A stretch of 64,000 nt of DNA, from NCBI RefSeq assembly GCF_009914755.1, contig NC_060933.1; one strand, written 5' to 3'. Positions 1-13,681 of the stretch are shown one piece after another. The notes below the pieces were generated by a model, which was given only the letters and a program-made list of their open reading frames with translations, had not been told where the DNA came from and did no database searches. The position numbers and the translations under genes are program-made. This stretch comes from the human T2T-CHM13v2.0 reference genome, Homo sapiens. Each line of letters starts with the position of its first letter. The stretch's first letter is position 1.

Positions 1-489
1 TTCAAACCAATTTGGCCATCTTATGTGTTTACTGGACAAATATTTATTGGCTGCATAGTCTACTAGAATGGCTGCTCTAACTCTCTTCACCTTCACAAAG
101 TTCTACTTTCCTACCCCTTTTCCATCAATTCTTAGCTTTTTTTTTTTTTTTTTAGAAAGGGCCATGGGCCAAGTTTGAAATGTTTTTGGACTTCTCCCCA
201 ACACTTTTCTGTGTGTTGCTAAATGACTTAAATTTCCATCTAAAAAGCCATTATAGTTGCTGATTGAGACTCCAAGGCAATGAGTTTAGGGTAATAATGA
301 CCAGAGTGTGAGTAGAGTGAGGATTTCTCACTGTGTGTTTAAGAGACGTACACTGGTACCACCAAATGTTGCATCGTTGGGGGAAAGAGTATGTTATTCT
401 TGAGCATTGTGTATTTCCTATTGGCTCATGGTGGTCTGAGGGCAGTGGGTGTTTTTGTACTTTGGGAAAAATCCATTATATTTTCAGTG

Positions 490-715
490 TTGTAGAAAAT
501 GGTTAGGCTTTGGAATTAGGCATACCTGGGTTCAAATGTCACTCACTAGCCCTGTAACTTTGACAAGCTACTTATCCTCTCTAAACCATGACCTCATATA
601 TAACAAAGGAGTCAAAACCTTTCCAGAGAAAATTAAGGATTAGAGACCTGTACATAAAGTACCCAGCATGGTGTCAAGCTCGTAGTAGGCACTCATTAAA
701 CAGTAGTTCCTATTT
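490..715 (+). mobile_element. MIR SINE
   Basis: MIR-like core CTGGGTTCAAAT...ACTAGC...ACTTTGACAAGCTACTTA and tail TAGTAGGCACTCATTAAA. Confidence 0.7.
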
Positions 716-1326
716 TGTTGCGATCCTGGAGAACAAAACCTAACAAGAGTCCATGTCAATAGCCTCCTTTTACTTAAGCCTGAGCTTGACCGCCTAGTTG
801 AATACAGTCCTAAACTCAGCAGCAACTTGGATCTAGATCAAAGAGGAGCTGCAGAAATCACTGGTGGGTGAGGAGGTAAATTTACTAGAACTAGAAATAT
901 TTATATGAGAGAGGGAAAAAATAGGAAGCAAATAATGACCTTTAAGAATGTAAAATATTCTCATGCAGACAACTGGCTGTTTTAAGTCTCCTTTGTGGAT
1001 GAACCCAGGGAAACTTACTTGAGATTGCAGTTGGAGGTATTTAGGTCAGACATGAAGAATCATGTTCTGATAGTAGGACTTTTATAATTTCAGAATGAGC
1101 AACTTATTCTACAGAGACTCTTTAGAAAACACAGATTCTAATCTTTATAGAAAATTGATCAGCAATAAAAGGTCTGGAAAATATCTTGTAGGAGGAAGGA
1201 CTACAGACCTGGGCAGGTTTATTTTGTAGTTGAGAAAACCAAGGTTGAGTGGGTCAGGGTTACCATGTAGAAATCCTGGCAAAGCAGGCACTGGCTTGCC
1301 TCTTGTAGCCCCTAAGGACAGAACAA

Positions 1327-1330
<4 letters not shown>

Positions 1331-1372
<42 letters not shown>
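1331..1372. repeat. (GT)21 microsatellite
   Basis: Direct reading. Confidence 0.98.
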
Positions 1373-1373
<1 letters not shown>

Positions 1374-1945
1374 TGTGCGTTTATGTGCTGGGGATGATGC
1401 AGGGAGGGAGGGTTGGTTATGAGAAGACAAATTTCAGCACAACAGGAGAAAGACTTTTCTAGTTGGAATTGGTACCCAATAGAAAGGTCTTCTTTGAGAA
1501 TGTAGCAGGTTCCAAAGCACCAGAATGTAAATAGAATGGCATTGAAGGGCACAAGTTTTATAGGCAAATTGTCTTAGGTTTGAATCACTGTTTGATCACT
1601 TCCTGTTCCTTGTGCAAGGTTATTATCTGTGACCATAAGCCAGAGTACTGTCATCAATAAATGTGTTAAGGGAGTCCTCATAGGATCATTGTGAAAAGTG
1701 CATGAGATAATGTATGCGAAAGAAATGGCAAACAGTCTTTGGTAGCAGTAAGAGCTTAATAAAAGGAAACATTTGTAATGAAAAATATGGACTTTAATGA
1801 ATGTTTTTCTTTTCTAGGATTTTCTTTCTCCTAACCTTTGAAACCCCTACTTTGGCATATGTCTGTTTTTAAGCAAAGACAAGAGTTCTACAGCAAAGTG
1901 AGAACTTTTCCTCTCTCAGTGATCCCAGAAAATATGCATGTCGTG

Positions 1946-2148
1946 GTATGTGTATATATATACGTATATATATGTATATATATATGTATATATATGTATA
2001 TATATATCTCCATATATAATATAATAGTTGCTCCAATTATATTACATATAATATTATAATATGTGATGTAACATAATATTACATATTATAATACAATGAA
2101 AGATAATATATTATTACATATCATATTATATATGTAAGTGTGTGTATA
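1946..2148. repeat. (TA)n/(TATATG)n AT-rich low-complexity tract
   Basis: Direct reading. Confidence 0.9.
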
Positions 2149-2574
2149 TCTTTGATGGTGATATTTAAGGATCTGGTAAGTCAATGATTGCAAAGAAGGG
2201 AATCAGGAAGAGACATAGTCTTTGCATTGGCACAAAACGCAGATTTTTGGGGTCCCATATCCAGGACAAATCTATTTCCAAGCTAAGCATGTTGTGCTGC
2301 TTTTTGCTCCGCCTCAGCTTATGTATCTAACGCAAAACAAGACACACTTGTGTCAGACTTTGCTTTCTTTATTAAAATTAATTTTTAGAGTCAAACAAAT
2401 ACCTGTGACTTATGAAATTGTTTTTGTGAGATTTTCTGTGTATCTCCATCCCTGTCAATGTCTCAAAAGCTAGTTAATCTGGTGAACATAAAATCCACAA
2501 TAAAAACTTCCCCGTGAGATAGAAAATTTAAAAAGAGATAAAACACTTCGAATTCATTGGTCTTGAATTCGAAG

Positions 2575-2764
2575 TGCTCTGTCCCATATTCCGCATGTGA
2601 TTATTAAAATTAATGAAAATTAAATACAATTAAAAATCTCATTGCTCAGTTGTATCACTCACATTTCAAGTACTTAAGAGCCCATGGGGCTTGTGGTTAC
2701 AATATGAGACAGTGCAGATGAAGAACATCTCTATCATCCAAAGAAGTTTTATTGAGCAGTACTG
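2575..2764 (-). mobile_element. MER3-like hAT-Charlie DNA transposon
   Basis: AT-rich core followed by CACATTTCAAGTACTTAA...GAACATCTCTATCATC...GTTTTATTGAGCAGTACTG, matching the reverse complement of MER3. Confidence 0.7.
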
Positions 2765-3397
2765 GTTTAGAGGATTGCTTGTTTTTACTAAGCGCATGGT
2801 ACAAAATGAGGAAACTGAGACTCAAAGCGATCAAGAAGAGTCTATAAGAAAGTTTCAATGTTGTTAAGTTTCTTGACTAATGAAAATGGGTGAGTACCTC
2901 AGACACAAGAGCCCGGGGATTAGGGAGAAAAAATGGCTTCTTTTTAGCAACTAACTCACTTAACTATAGCAAGCATGTATGTGCATTGTAGTTTCCATAC
3001 CTTACATGTTTGAACATATCCAGGTACAAGTGAGAAGCAATCCTCAATGCTATTGTCCTTTGCAGATCTGAAGAGATAACTACCCTGTGTCAGATCAGCA
3101 TCTTTTCCCCCAGCCTTGTCCTTGGGTTAAGAAATATTTTTTTCTTCCTCCCTCTGCACACCTTAGAGTCTCGTAAGAATCTTCTCCCCACGTTAAACTA
3201 AAACCAAGTTGCTCCAGGAACCACTCTGGCCAAGTCTAATGTCTCTTTCTGTCTGCTTCAGCCTCTCCTTAGAAGCTGGAGGAGCTTGTCAAAGACAACT
3301 CATGACTCCCGTTTCTCTGCTGTCCTGCACTGCTGTGCTCCAGAGTTTTGAGGGCACTCAGTCCATATCCTTCAGCCATCTAAACATTTCCATTAAT

Positions 3398-3668
3398 GAA
3401 GCAGTTGCGTGTGGGGGAAAGAGTCTGGTCTTTGGTGTAAAATAAACCTGTGTTCGAATCCAGTTCTATCACTTTAGCAGCTGCTCCCTATGGCCATTCC
3501 CTTTCTCCTCTGAACCTCAATTTCCCCGCCTCCTCTCCCTGGAGATACATATGTCTATCTCATAGTGTTGCAGGAGAGTGGGATGAAATGAGAAGACATA
3601 TGTTAAGCTACTGGCACAGTGCCTGGCACACATTAAGGTGTGCTTAATATGTGGTAGCTAATGATAGC
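3398..3668 (+). mobile_element. MIR SINE, near full length
   Basis: GTTCGAATCC box, CTCTGAACCTCAATTTCC core, CACAGTGCCTGGCACA tail. Confidence 0.8.
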
Positions 3669-6600
3669 AGCAGCGGTAATAACAACACTGATCCAATAGA
3701 GAATAGATCAGAAAGAAAACCTTGTATCCAGAAGGGATGGGGGAATCAGGGAGATACATTCATGATTATAACAAGTAACAAAAGAGATTGGCCAACTCAT
3801 ATCCATTGAAGGTCCCAAGAAAGACATCTCAAAAAAGTGGTATTTGAGATGTACTTGAAAGATGGGCAAGATTCTGAAAAATGGTTGGATACAACTCCAG
3901 TAGGTGGGTTCAAATTGAAGCCTACAGCACCCTAGAAAAAAGAAACACCATGAGAAAAGGCAAAGAAGTTGGAATGCATGGGTGGTGAGGAGAATTAAGA
4001 AGATAGCTGTAATAATAGTGGCATCTCCTTGTGGGTGCCAGATACATGCCAAGGTGGTGTAGCATGCAGGGAATATGGAGAGGTCTTGTTCTACTAGGGT
4101 ATAAAATAATGCATAGGAAAGCAGAAAGGTAGAGACTACATGGTATTGGCAGAAGCCATATTGGGAAGGATATAAAAGATCAATATGAAGAGCTGGTACT
4201 TAACTCAGTAAGCAATATGGCACCTCTGTAAGGCTAGGTGCCTAACTGCTCACAGTTAGTCATCTGTTGAGAAGGCTGGGTAGAATATAGGCTTTAATAT
4301 TTAGTCCCCCATTCTCCAAATACCTGGTACATTTATGGCCCCAGCCCGCTACAAAAAATAAGAAGATAAAAACAATGGTCCTGAAAGCTTTTGTGGGGAG
4401 TGTGGGGTGGAAGAAGGGTTAAATGTTAAGCTTTAATCTTATTTCAATTGCCTTGGTGTTAAATGTTATCAGTGTTGAATCATTTCTTCAGATTTTGGCA
4501 TTATAGACTTTTATTCAGAGTATTACTGTGAGATAAAAATTTATTTACCAGGTTGGGAAACCAAGGCCAGTGTCATGCCAGTCGTAATGGCTTTTTAGCT
4601 CATAATTTTACACATTAAGCTGCCTCTTGGCTTGCTGTCAAATCCTTCTTTTTTTCTCTTTTACTAGTAGAGCTGTTTGGTAGCTAACCTTTTGGAAGCA
4701 GCAGGGAATAGGCTAACAGTTATTTTTGGGCACCTCACTGCAGGACAAAGATCATTGCTAGACGAAGAAATCAACAATCTGATTTTTTCCCTGGTCACAG
4801 CTGGAGAATAAACAACTTCATTTTTAGATAAAGATGAAACTTCCAACTGGCTAGAATCATATTTCAGAATTAGTTACTTATGATTTCATTTTTAGTAGCT
4901 CATGGAATATATTTATCTTGTTGACTTAAGCACATACATGAAATATTCTAGGTTTGGGAGGACAAGGAGAATTCCTATTGTTTAGAAATGCAGATGAATT
5001 TGTTTCCACATCATTTTGGCAACCCATGAGGCAGCTTACACCAAATTTTTCTTCTCGCTTACAGGCCAAAGAGTTTTATTGTGCATGGCCTGTCAAGCAT
5101 AGAGTTGCTTACATGGGCGTTCTTAAATGTCCTAGAAATTCCTCACCCTTTGTCCTTCCCAACATCCATAAATTCCTTTTTGGAATGTGTCAGGAAGAGA
5201 GAGGAGCCAGGAAACAGCCTTAAGTGTGTATTTTTTTTTTTTTTTTTTTTTTTCCTGAGGACATCTGATCTCCATAGTTGAGTGAGTCCGGTGCAACCTG
5301 TGTCATAAAAGAATTGAGAAAACTCTAACTGCCAAAGCGAAGACCCTCCTAACCCTAGGTGTTTGAAGAATTCCAGAACTGAGAAGTGGTTGTCCATTTA
5401 GGCAGCACAGTGGCTTAGCTGGTGCCCAGTTAAGATGCTGGGGGAGCCAGTGATTATCCAAGAGGACTGAGAATTAATTTCTAAATGATTTATTCTTGCA
5501 TTCAACAGAGATGTGTTGAACAAGTGTAAGAACGGGCTATGGGATAGCCTAGTGGTCGTGGGGTGTTTCAGAAGCCAATGATGGATAGGTCTTGCCCTTA
5601 ATGAGCTCACAGTCAGGTATAGAAAGCAGACATGTAAACAGATACTTGTTGTGAAGAATGATAAATACTAACATGGACAAATATCCAAGAAACATCTGTG
5701 CAATGTTTGAGGATATCTGCTCTACATCAGTCAAACACTGTTAGATCTTTACTCTGCCACTTGCTATTAATTTGAACCACATGGAATCACCACTCTTTTA
5801 GGTCAGAAATAGTTGGGTAGTAGCAAATCCAAAGGGTTCCATCCAGTAGCTGTTTTGGTTGTGTAACATTGCCTGTCTGGGCCTTAATTTTCACATCTGT
5901 AAAATGGTAACACTAATATCAACTGCACAATAAAGTTCTTTCAACTGAAAGTGAGAAAAATGAGATAATACAGGCAAAACACTCAGTAACAAATACTTAA
6001 AAGGATGGAGACCTTAGCAACTGGTGTGTATTGGTATTATATGATTATTCTGTCTTGTGCTTGGAGACAGCATTTCTAACAGAAGGCTAGTCTCTGAAGG
6101 ATGAGATCTATAAGACAAATCTGGGAAGCCCTCTCTTTCCCACTGTTGCTTTTTCCATGGAAATGTATAAATCTTAGTATTTCAATTTGTCAAGTAGCAG
6201 GGACACTCTAAAATTTTTAGGAAAATGAGGAGGCTGTGGCTACAGCCCTGGTTTTCCTGTTATCCTATCTCTTCTAACTCAGTAGCAAGAAAAGCAAATG
6301 AATTAGCCTGGTGTGGGGCTCTTTTCTGGGAGGTCAGGACCCTGGCCAAGGTTCCTCAGGGGCAGTGCTGCTGTTGGGATGGCTGTCCATGCTGCTGAGC
6401 CAGGGCTTTCTACTGAATAGACTGCCTGTGGTTTAGTCTTTCAAGACTGTGTTCCTAACGGGAAACATTTGGCCCAGCTTCTCAGTACTTTCCAAAGACA
6501 CAGACAGACATCAAATTATAGGATCAAAATCATGCTTGAGCAGGACTTAGAAGCAACTGTAGAAGATCATTTGGTATAGGCATGGCAAGTCTGTGGCACA

Positions 6601-6946
6601 AAACACTTCATTCTAGTGCATGGGGCAGACACAGCTAATCGATAACAACACAATTCTGAGGAGCCCCACTTAAGAATCATTCTAAATCATCACTTCAGGC
6701 AGCCAATTAAGTAGTATATAAATAGAGGTAGTATATCACATGAAACTTATTTGCCATAATACCTAGTTATTTAAGAGAATAACTGAATTGAAACACCCAG
6801 AGTCACTAGCTAATCAGTGGTGACTTTACTAATTAACTCCTAAAGCTGATATTAAAATCCAGAGATTTTGCCTTTGGGTCAAGGAATTCGATTAAGATCT
6901 ATCTCTTCCTCTAGACCATTGGGAGGCCTTCAAAAAGGAGTGCATA

Positions 6947-7212
6947 TGTACGGCATGGTGACTACAGTTAATAATAATGCATTGTATACTTCAAATTTGC
7001 TAAGATAGTAGTAGACCTTAAGTGTCTTTATCATTGACACACAGAGGTAACTATGTAAAGCGATGGATGTGTTAATTAGCTTGAATCTAGTAATCATATC
7101 ACAATGTATACATATATTAAATTATCACGTTGTATACCTTAAATGTATAAAATTTTAATTTTAATTTGTCAATTATACCTCAATAAAGCTGGGGGAAAAA
7201 AACCTTTAAAAA
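6947..7212 (+). mobile_element. L1M (L1MA9/L1MB-like) 3' end
   Basis: GGTGACTACAGTTAATAATAATG...TGTCAATTATACCTCAATAAAGCTGGGGGAAAAAA; possible residual TSD TGCATATG at 6941-6948 and 7213-7220. Confidence 0.8.
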
Positions 7213-7511
7213 TGCATATGAAAGTCTTTCAGTAATTCTTAGTCTGAGGTCATTGTAATGATCTCCAGAGAGAAATATCAGTGGTGGGATCCTGGAGAGC
7301 ATTTGTGTTAAAGTATTTCTAGACTTCTTGGCCCTGATGAGTTTTTTACTTTTCTGTCTATCTATCCATCAATTCATCCAACTATCTACTTTTTCAGTAC
7401 ATACGTGCCAAGCCCTGAGTTAAGTATAAACGATACAACACCAAAGAAGATAAACATGTTCTGTATAATCGCAAAGCTCATAATTTCCTCCCAAAGAGTC
7501 ACAAAATACAA

Positions 7512-7808
<297 letters not shown>

Positions 7809-8259
7809 GCAATTGATTTTAACTCCATGTACAGTTGATTTAGTATTTGTGATATTCTTAAGTGCCACTGCAGGTTGGGAACATGGTGCACTCTCCCAAG
7901 CCAATAGCAAGAGTATAAATGTTAACACTCTTTCAAGAGCGAAATGCTATTTACTTAGTATGGACCTCCCAATGTGCTGGGTACTTTGGAAAATAGGCCA
8001 AGTAAGGAGCTATTTTTTGTTCCTAGAGATCTCAGAAACTAGAATATCATACACAAGCAAGGTCTGGTATTAATGCCAGCCTGAATGAGATAATTATGTG
8101 CCACTTTGCACTGGGAAGTTCATGGGGGGCTTCCTAGAAAAGGAAAGAATTACAATCACCAAATATTGGTTGAAAAGGCCTTGGAAGATCATTAAGAAGT
8201 TGACATAATAATAATAATCAGGAAGTTGACATCATCATCATCACCATCATAAGTAATAC

Positions 8260-8520
8260 AGATATCATTAACTATAATTTATTAAGTGTTGATTTTGCCA
8301 GAGCCTGTGCTTAGTTAGCATTTTACATTTCCAATTTCAAATTCACATACAATTATGAGATAGTATTTGTACCCTCATTTTGCAGCTGAAAAAACTGAGG
8401 CATAGAGTCTTTACATGGCTTGTGCAAGTTCAGACATTATTAAGTTATGGAGTCAGGATTTGAACCAAATCCCATCTGAGTCCAAAGTCAGGGCTCTGAA
8501 CCATGATTTTATACAGCCTT
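8260..8520 (-). mobile_element. MIR SINE
   Basis: CTCATTTTGCAGCTGAAAAAACTGAGGCATAGAG...GGATTTGAACC. Confidence 0.75.
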
Positions 8521-11500
8521 TTGTGCTGGAGGGCCAAGCAAAGGAGCTATGAGTCAAGACCAGCCCCAACCTCTGACTATATAACTTCCCAACACCTGGC
8601 TCAAAGCAGAATACTATCAATCCTCTAGAAGTAGACCATTAAGATGCCAGACAGCCTGTGGCTGCTGTGGAGATGAAGCAAGCTGACAGATACGTTTGGG
8701 ATGCTTCCATTTCTCAGTGATCATTCAGCGAGGGTTCCAGATGCCTTGAAGGCTTCTAGAAGCCTTTTTGCCATCTCTGCATGAATAAATCTATCAGTCC
8801 TTCAAGATGCTGCTTAAAGAAATCTACTATTGAAAGGTTTATCAGGTAACTTTGGCCTAAATTTATCTTTCTCTCTTCTGAATTGTCTGGGGAATTGATA
8901 TGATATTATTTGATTTATCATTTAAAAAAAGATTTGGAATGGCTTTATTATGCATGCATAACTCCTTCTCTTAGGAAATTAGCTAATTCTAGATTGTATT
9001 TATATTAGTCTATAAACAGTTGGTTTGCATATGTGCAGTTAGATTGTATGTAGACTATAAGCTCTATGAGGGCAGGGATATATCTGAGACATTCATCTCT
9101 GAATGCACAACACAAAACACTTTATCTAGAACATAGTAAATGCACAATATGTTTATATTAAATGAAATGAAGCTGAATGTATTTCTTGGTTTGAACTTAC
9201 ACATAGCAGGTTCTTATATTGTGGAATTAATGAATGAACAAATACTCTTACTTTCCTGATGGCCCTAATGTAATTAGCTCTCCTGTAATCTCTTCTACAG
9301 TAAGATGTATCAAGGAATTTGTCACAGCCTCAGTTCTGTAATTAGTTCGTTTTAATTCATTCAGTTATTCAGTGAGTATTTACTACGTTCCAGACACCAC
9401 ACTAAGTGCAGAAGGTACAAAAGTGACAAAGACAGACCTAGCTCCTTCCCATGAGATTCTAGACATCAACCCAAGGGCTTTTAAGAGCTCAGTACTTTCT
9501 ACTTTGAGACAAGATTTCTCTATGATCAAGTAAACTCCTTTGGCAGAAGGTGGAATTGGCCAGGCCTAAGATGCACTCAGCATGAAAATTTGGTTTTGGT
9601 GTGAAGGAAGCATCCTGGGTTATTAGTTAGTAACCCTTTCAATTTCATTGCAGTATTTGTCATTTTGTTGTACTGTTGTTAAATATAGGTCTCCCTTTCT
9701 CATTTTAAATTTTTACCTTCATTACTTTTTTTTAAGTTCCCAGATACTTGGCCTCTTATGAGGCCATATAACAGGAAGTGCAATAAATGGAAGATCTGGA
9801 GGAGAAGCTCTGAGCTCCTCTTCTGCCAAGCAGGTCTGACCAACAGGGTCATTGTGTGACCTTGGGCAAGTCGCATCCACTCTTGAGGTCTCAGTTTCTC
9901 TTGTAAAATGAGCAACTGTGTATGGTTTCCAATTCTAAGATCCCTTTGGTTCCAGTGATCTGTGGTCCATTGCTAATTTCACAATATTTTTGTTGAACTT
10001 AATTTTGAATTTCACTTTAGACCCAAGTCAACTGGCCAACATTAAGTACAAACCCTCCAAATAGTGTTTCTTTCCATAGTTTGGCTTAAGCATTGGTGGT
10101 GCCTCACGACTTCCTCCCTCCTGCCCCTTGAACAGAAGTTCCATTACCAACCAAATTAAATCCACAAATCTTAATCCATAAAATATTTCCATCCAGACAC
10201 AATAATGAGATTCATATTTGTGGTTTAGTATACCTAAGAAATGCTCAGATGAAATATGACTAGATCCATTGATACATTCAGACCACAAACTGCCCTGGTG
10301 TGGTCTGGTTTCAATTTTTGAAATAAAACTGCAGAGCACTTGCTTTCTCTCTTCTATTTCTTGCCTAGACAGAAAAGAAAATAAAAAGTGGTTCTGGACA
10401 AGTGGCAACAATATAGATTCCTGTAAAATTCTGGAAAATTATTTCAAAAATAAATTTGAATTCATTTCCCAATGGAACAATGACCTCTTCTATTTTGGTC
10501 TTCATCCAGAATTTTAAGAAATCTAGTTGGCTCTTTCAGAAGCATTGAATAGTGAGTTCTCAAAGTCTTGAGCCAAGGTTAAGAAATGGAAGAGATTTAT
10601 CTAGGAAGAACCGATTACAGACAGACTTACAACACAACCCTAAATAAGAGAACTTCTGAATAGGGGTCTGTGAGATGGTTGCCTTTGTGAAACTGTTATC
10701 AGCCACCCAAAGTCAGAAATTTAGTCCCGAAAGACCCTGAAAAATTTTAAGAAGGCATTGTGATGGGAGAGACAGGGGCATTGCCTTTAGAGTCAGGAAG
10801 ACTTAAGACCAATTTCTACTTATCTGCTGGGGAGCCTTGGACAACGTCCTATACCTTCTGAATTGTGGCTTATTCAACTATAAAATCTCTCCAGGGTTGT
10901 TTGAGGCAGTGAATGGGACAACAAAGCTATAAGTGCCTGACATATTAATAATAAACGTTACACATATGTTAGTATATCTTCTCCTCTTCTTTCCTTTTCC
11001 TGTCTCCCTTTATGAGAGAGCTCCATGACATTGGGCATATTAAAAAATAAAAGAGTAATAGTGTAGAGGTGGTTCAAGCACTGGTTAAGAAGTAGAATTG
11101 GTTTGGGATCAATTATGTTTCAACTCAAAGAGCTGACATAGCTACCTGGAACTGCCTTGAGAAAGATTCTGTGGCTATGATTAGGCTTTCGGGAAAAGGT
11201 GCTGTGATGGATTAGCAATATCCACCATGGGTACAGGAGTGGAGAGTGTTGACGTGTACACCAAATATTTGGCATAGCAAAACTAGACAGCTTTGGAAAT
11301 CTTTCCCGATCCAATGTGCTAATATTCAAATGAATGGAATCCTGCTTGAGTGGGATTTGCATCAGAAGGAGCCAGATGGAGCCATTGACAATTACAAAAT
11401 CCTGTTTAAATCAAGTTCAATAAAGTCTCATACATTTTGATAGAATATGACTCATGAAACAAAAATACGTCTCTAGGACTGGAAGCAGGAAACCAGACTC

Positions 11501-11609
11501 TCAGGGAAAACTAAGACTACTCCCGTAATTAATTTGTGTGACCTCAGGCAAAGCAAACATACTTTCATTGTCTATTTTCCCTTTCCCAAAATGGGACCAT
11601 CTAAATGCT

Positions 11610-11830
11610 ATAATAATAATGAACATTGATTGCATATGTCGTCTGTGCCAGACACTGCTTTTTGTGTCTTCTGTGGATTATCTCATTGAATCCTCCCCAA
11701 GACTTCTGAGGTAGTTGTCTTTATTTTTCACAGTTTATGGAGGAGAAAACTGAGGCTCACACAGCTCAAGATCACATAGCTAGAAACGGGGAACAGAAAT
11801 TTAAATCAGGTGAACTGATTCACTTGTTTT
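11610..11830 (-). mobile_element. MIR SINE
   Basis: TGTGCCAGACACTG...GGAGAAAACTGAGGCTCA...AAGATCACATAGCTAG. Confidence 0.7.
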
Positions 11831-13478
11831 AATTATGTTAAAGGGTGGTTTGCATAACTAAGGTCGGGGTCCAGAGAAACTACTGGTAATGAAATATCTT
11901 TATGATCTACAGGCAGGACAGGAAAAACTGCAGAAAAATCTGAAAAATAGAGATATGTCTAACCCCCTTAACTTGGCTTTAACTTAGCTGTGTAACTTTA
12001 AACAGCATTTTCTAAAGTGTAATCTACAACACGTTGATAGGTACTAATCTGAGGGAAAAAGATTTCCTAATTAAACACGTTTGGAAAATGTTATTTTAAA
12101 CCAAATATGATTTTAAGCCAAACAAATTACACAACTTTCTTTACTTCAGGTTTTTCCAGGGTGTTTAATAGGTTCATGCTCGTTGGAAATCTCGAAGAAG
12201 GGGACAGTTTATAGAGTGTTTCCCAAATCTACTTGATTATTCTGTTTGAAGTGAGTCACAGGATTAGGTTGGATGGCACACGATGGGGGAAGAACTGATA
12301 GAGAACAAATCCTAGACCCTTACTCCTTTCATTTCCTCCTGTATTAGAAGGAAGTAGAGATATACCTAACTATGACCTCTCTGGGATAAAATGTGAAGCT
12401 CTATGTTAGAGGATCTTGAGCAATTTAAACTAAGAGTGAAGCAAGTAGGTCAATATTTATACTGTGCGTGGCACTTTACAAATGCTGTTTAATCATGTTA
12501 CCAACTCTGGGAATTAGGGAGCATTGTTTGTATTTTACTGGTAAGAGAACTGAAGGCTTAAGAAGGTTAAGTAAGTGGCCTAGTCAGCAATTATTTGAAT
12601 CAGAATTAAGAACAGTCTTATAATTCCAAAGTCTATGCTCTTTCTGCTATATCAAGTTACCTTTGAAGTAAGATTCATTGTTCAAGTTAAAGAATTAATA
12701 TTTATCTACTAACTATCAGAGAGAAACACAATATCATTAATATGAATAGAGTTGTTGGATTTGCAAAATGGAACAAGGTAGGATGGTGTTTGGGAATTGG
12801 GGTTTACATAACTATTTTATTTACTGTTGTGAACTTGAGGGGAGGGCATAGGCCAGGTGGACTATAATATCTGTGTCTTAGGCAAATCTTTAAAGCCCCT
12901 GGAGAAAAGCCTGCTCTCCTTGAGTCTGACCTGAAGAGAAGGTTAATAAGTGAGAGGAAGATACAGTGAGAAGTAGCAGATGGGGGAGCTAAAAATCTAT
13001 CATTTCTGGAAAACTGGGCTTCACACTATGTACTATCTAAAAAACGTGTGGTTTCCAAGAAATCAGTCAAGATCAGAGAGCGTTTCAGAGGGGCTGGAAA
13101 TTACCACTTTCAGTTTTGAAAGCATGGACTTCTATGAACAAACAACTTATTTGTATAAGTAAGGAAAGGAGGGAAAATTCCTTCTAAATAGGATCATTTA
13201 ATTCAGCATATGGCAGGAAATTCAAGAAATTAGCCAGAGAGAAATACTAGTCAGAGGAAGGCAGAGGCAAATGAAGATGAATCATACAAATGAATAACTT
13301 TTAATCATTATTCTGAACTTCTTTTAGGTATAGAGTTTGGCATTATGTTTTTGGAGGGGAACTTACTAGATGATTTTTTTTTCTGCTTCAATCTCTATAT
13401 ACACAAGTATGATAATATCCACCTTGTTAGGTGAAGGTGACTGGAAAGTAAGTATAAAAATTTAGTAAGGTTGACTGG

Positions 13479-13681
13479 AAGGGATCAGTAAACATTTCCT
13501 TAAATGACCAAATAGAAAATATGTAAAGCTTTGCAGTTAGATGATTTCAGTCACAACTATTCAACTCTGCTATTGTAGAGGCAGCAGCTATAGATAATAC
13601 ACAAACAAATGAGCATGGCTGTGTTCCAATAAAACTTTATTTACAAAAATAGGCTGCCACCCTATGGTTTGCTAACCTCTG
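13479..13681 (+). mobile_element. MER58A hAT-Charlie element
   Basis: CACAACTATTCAACTCTGC...GAGCATGGCTGTGTTCCAATAAAACTTTATTTACAAAAATAGGC. Confidence 0.85.
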
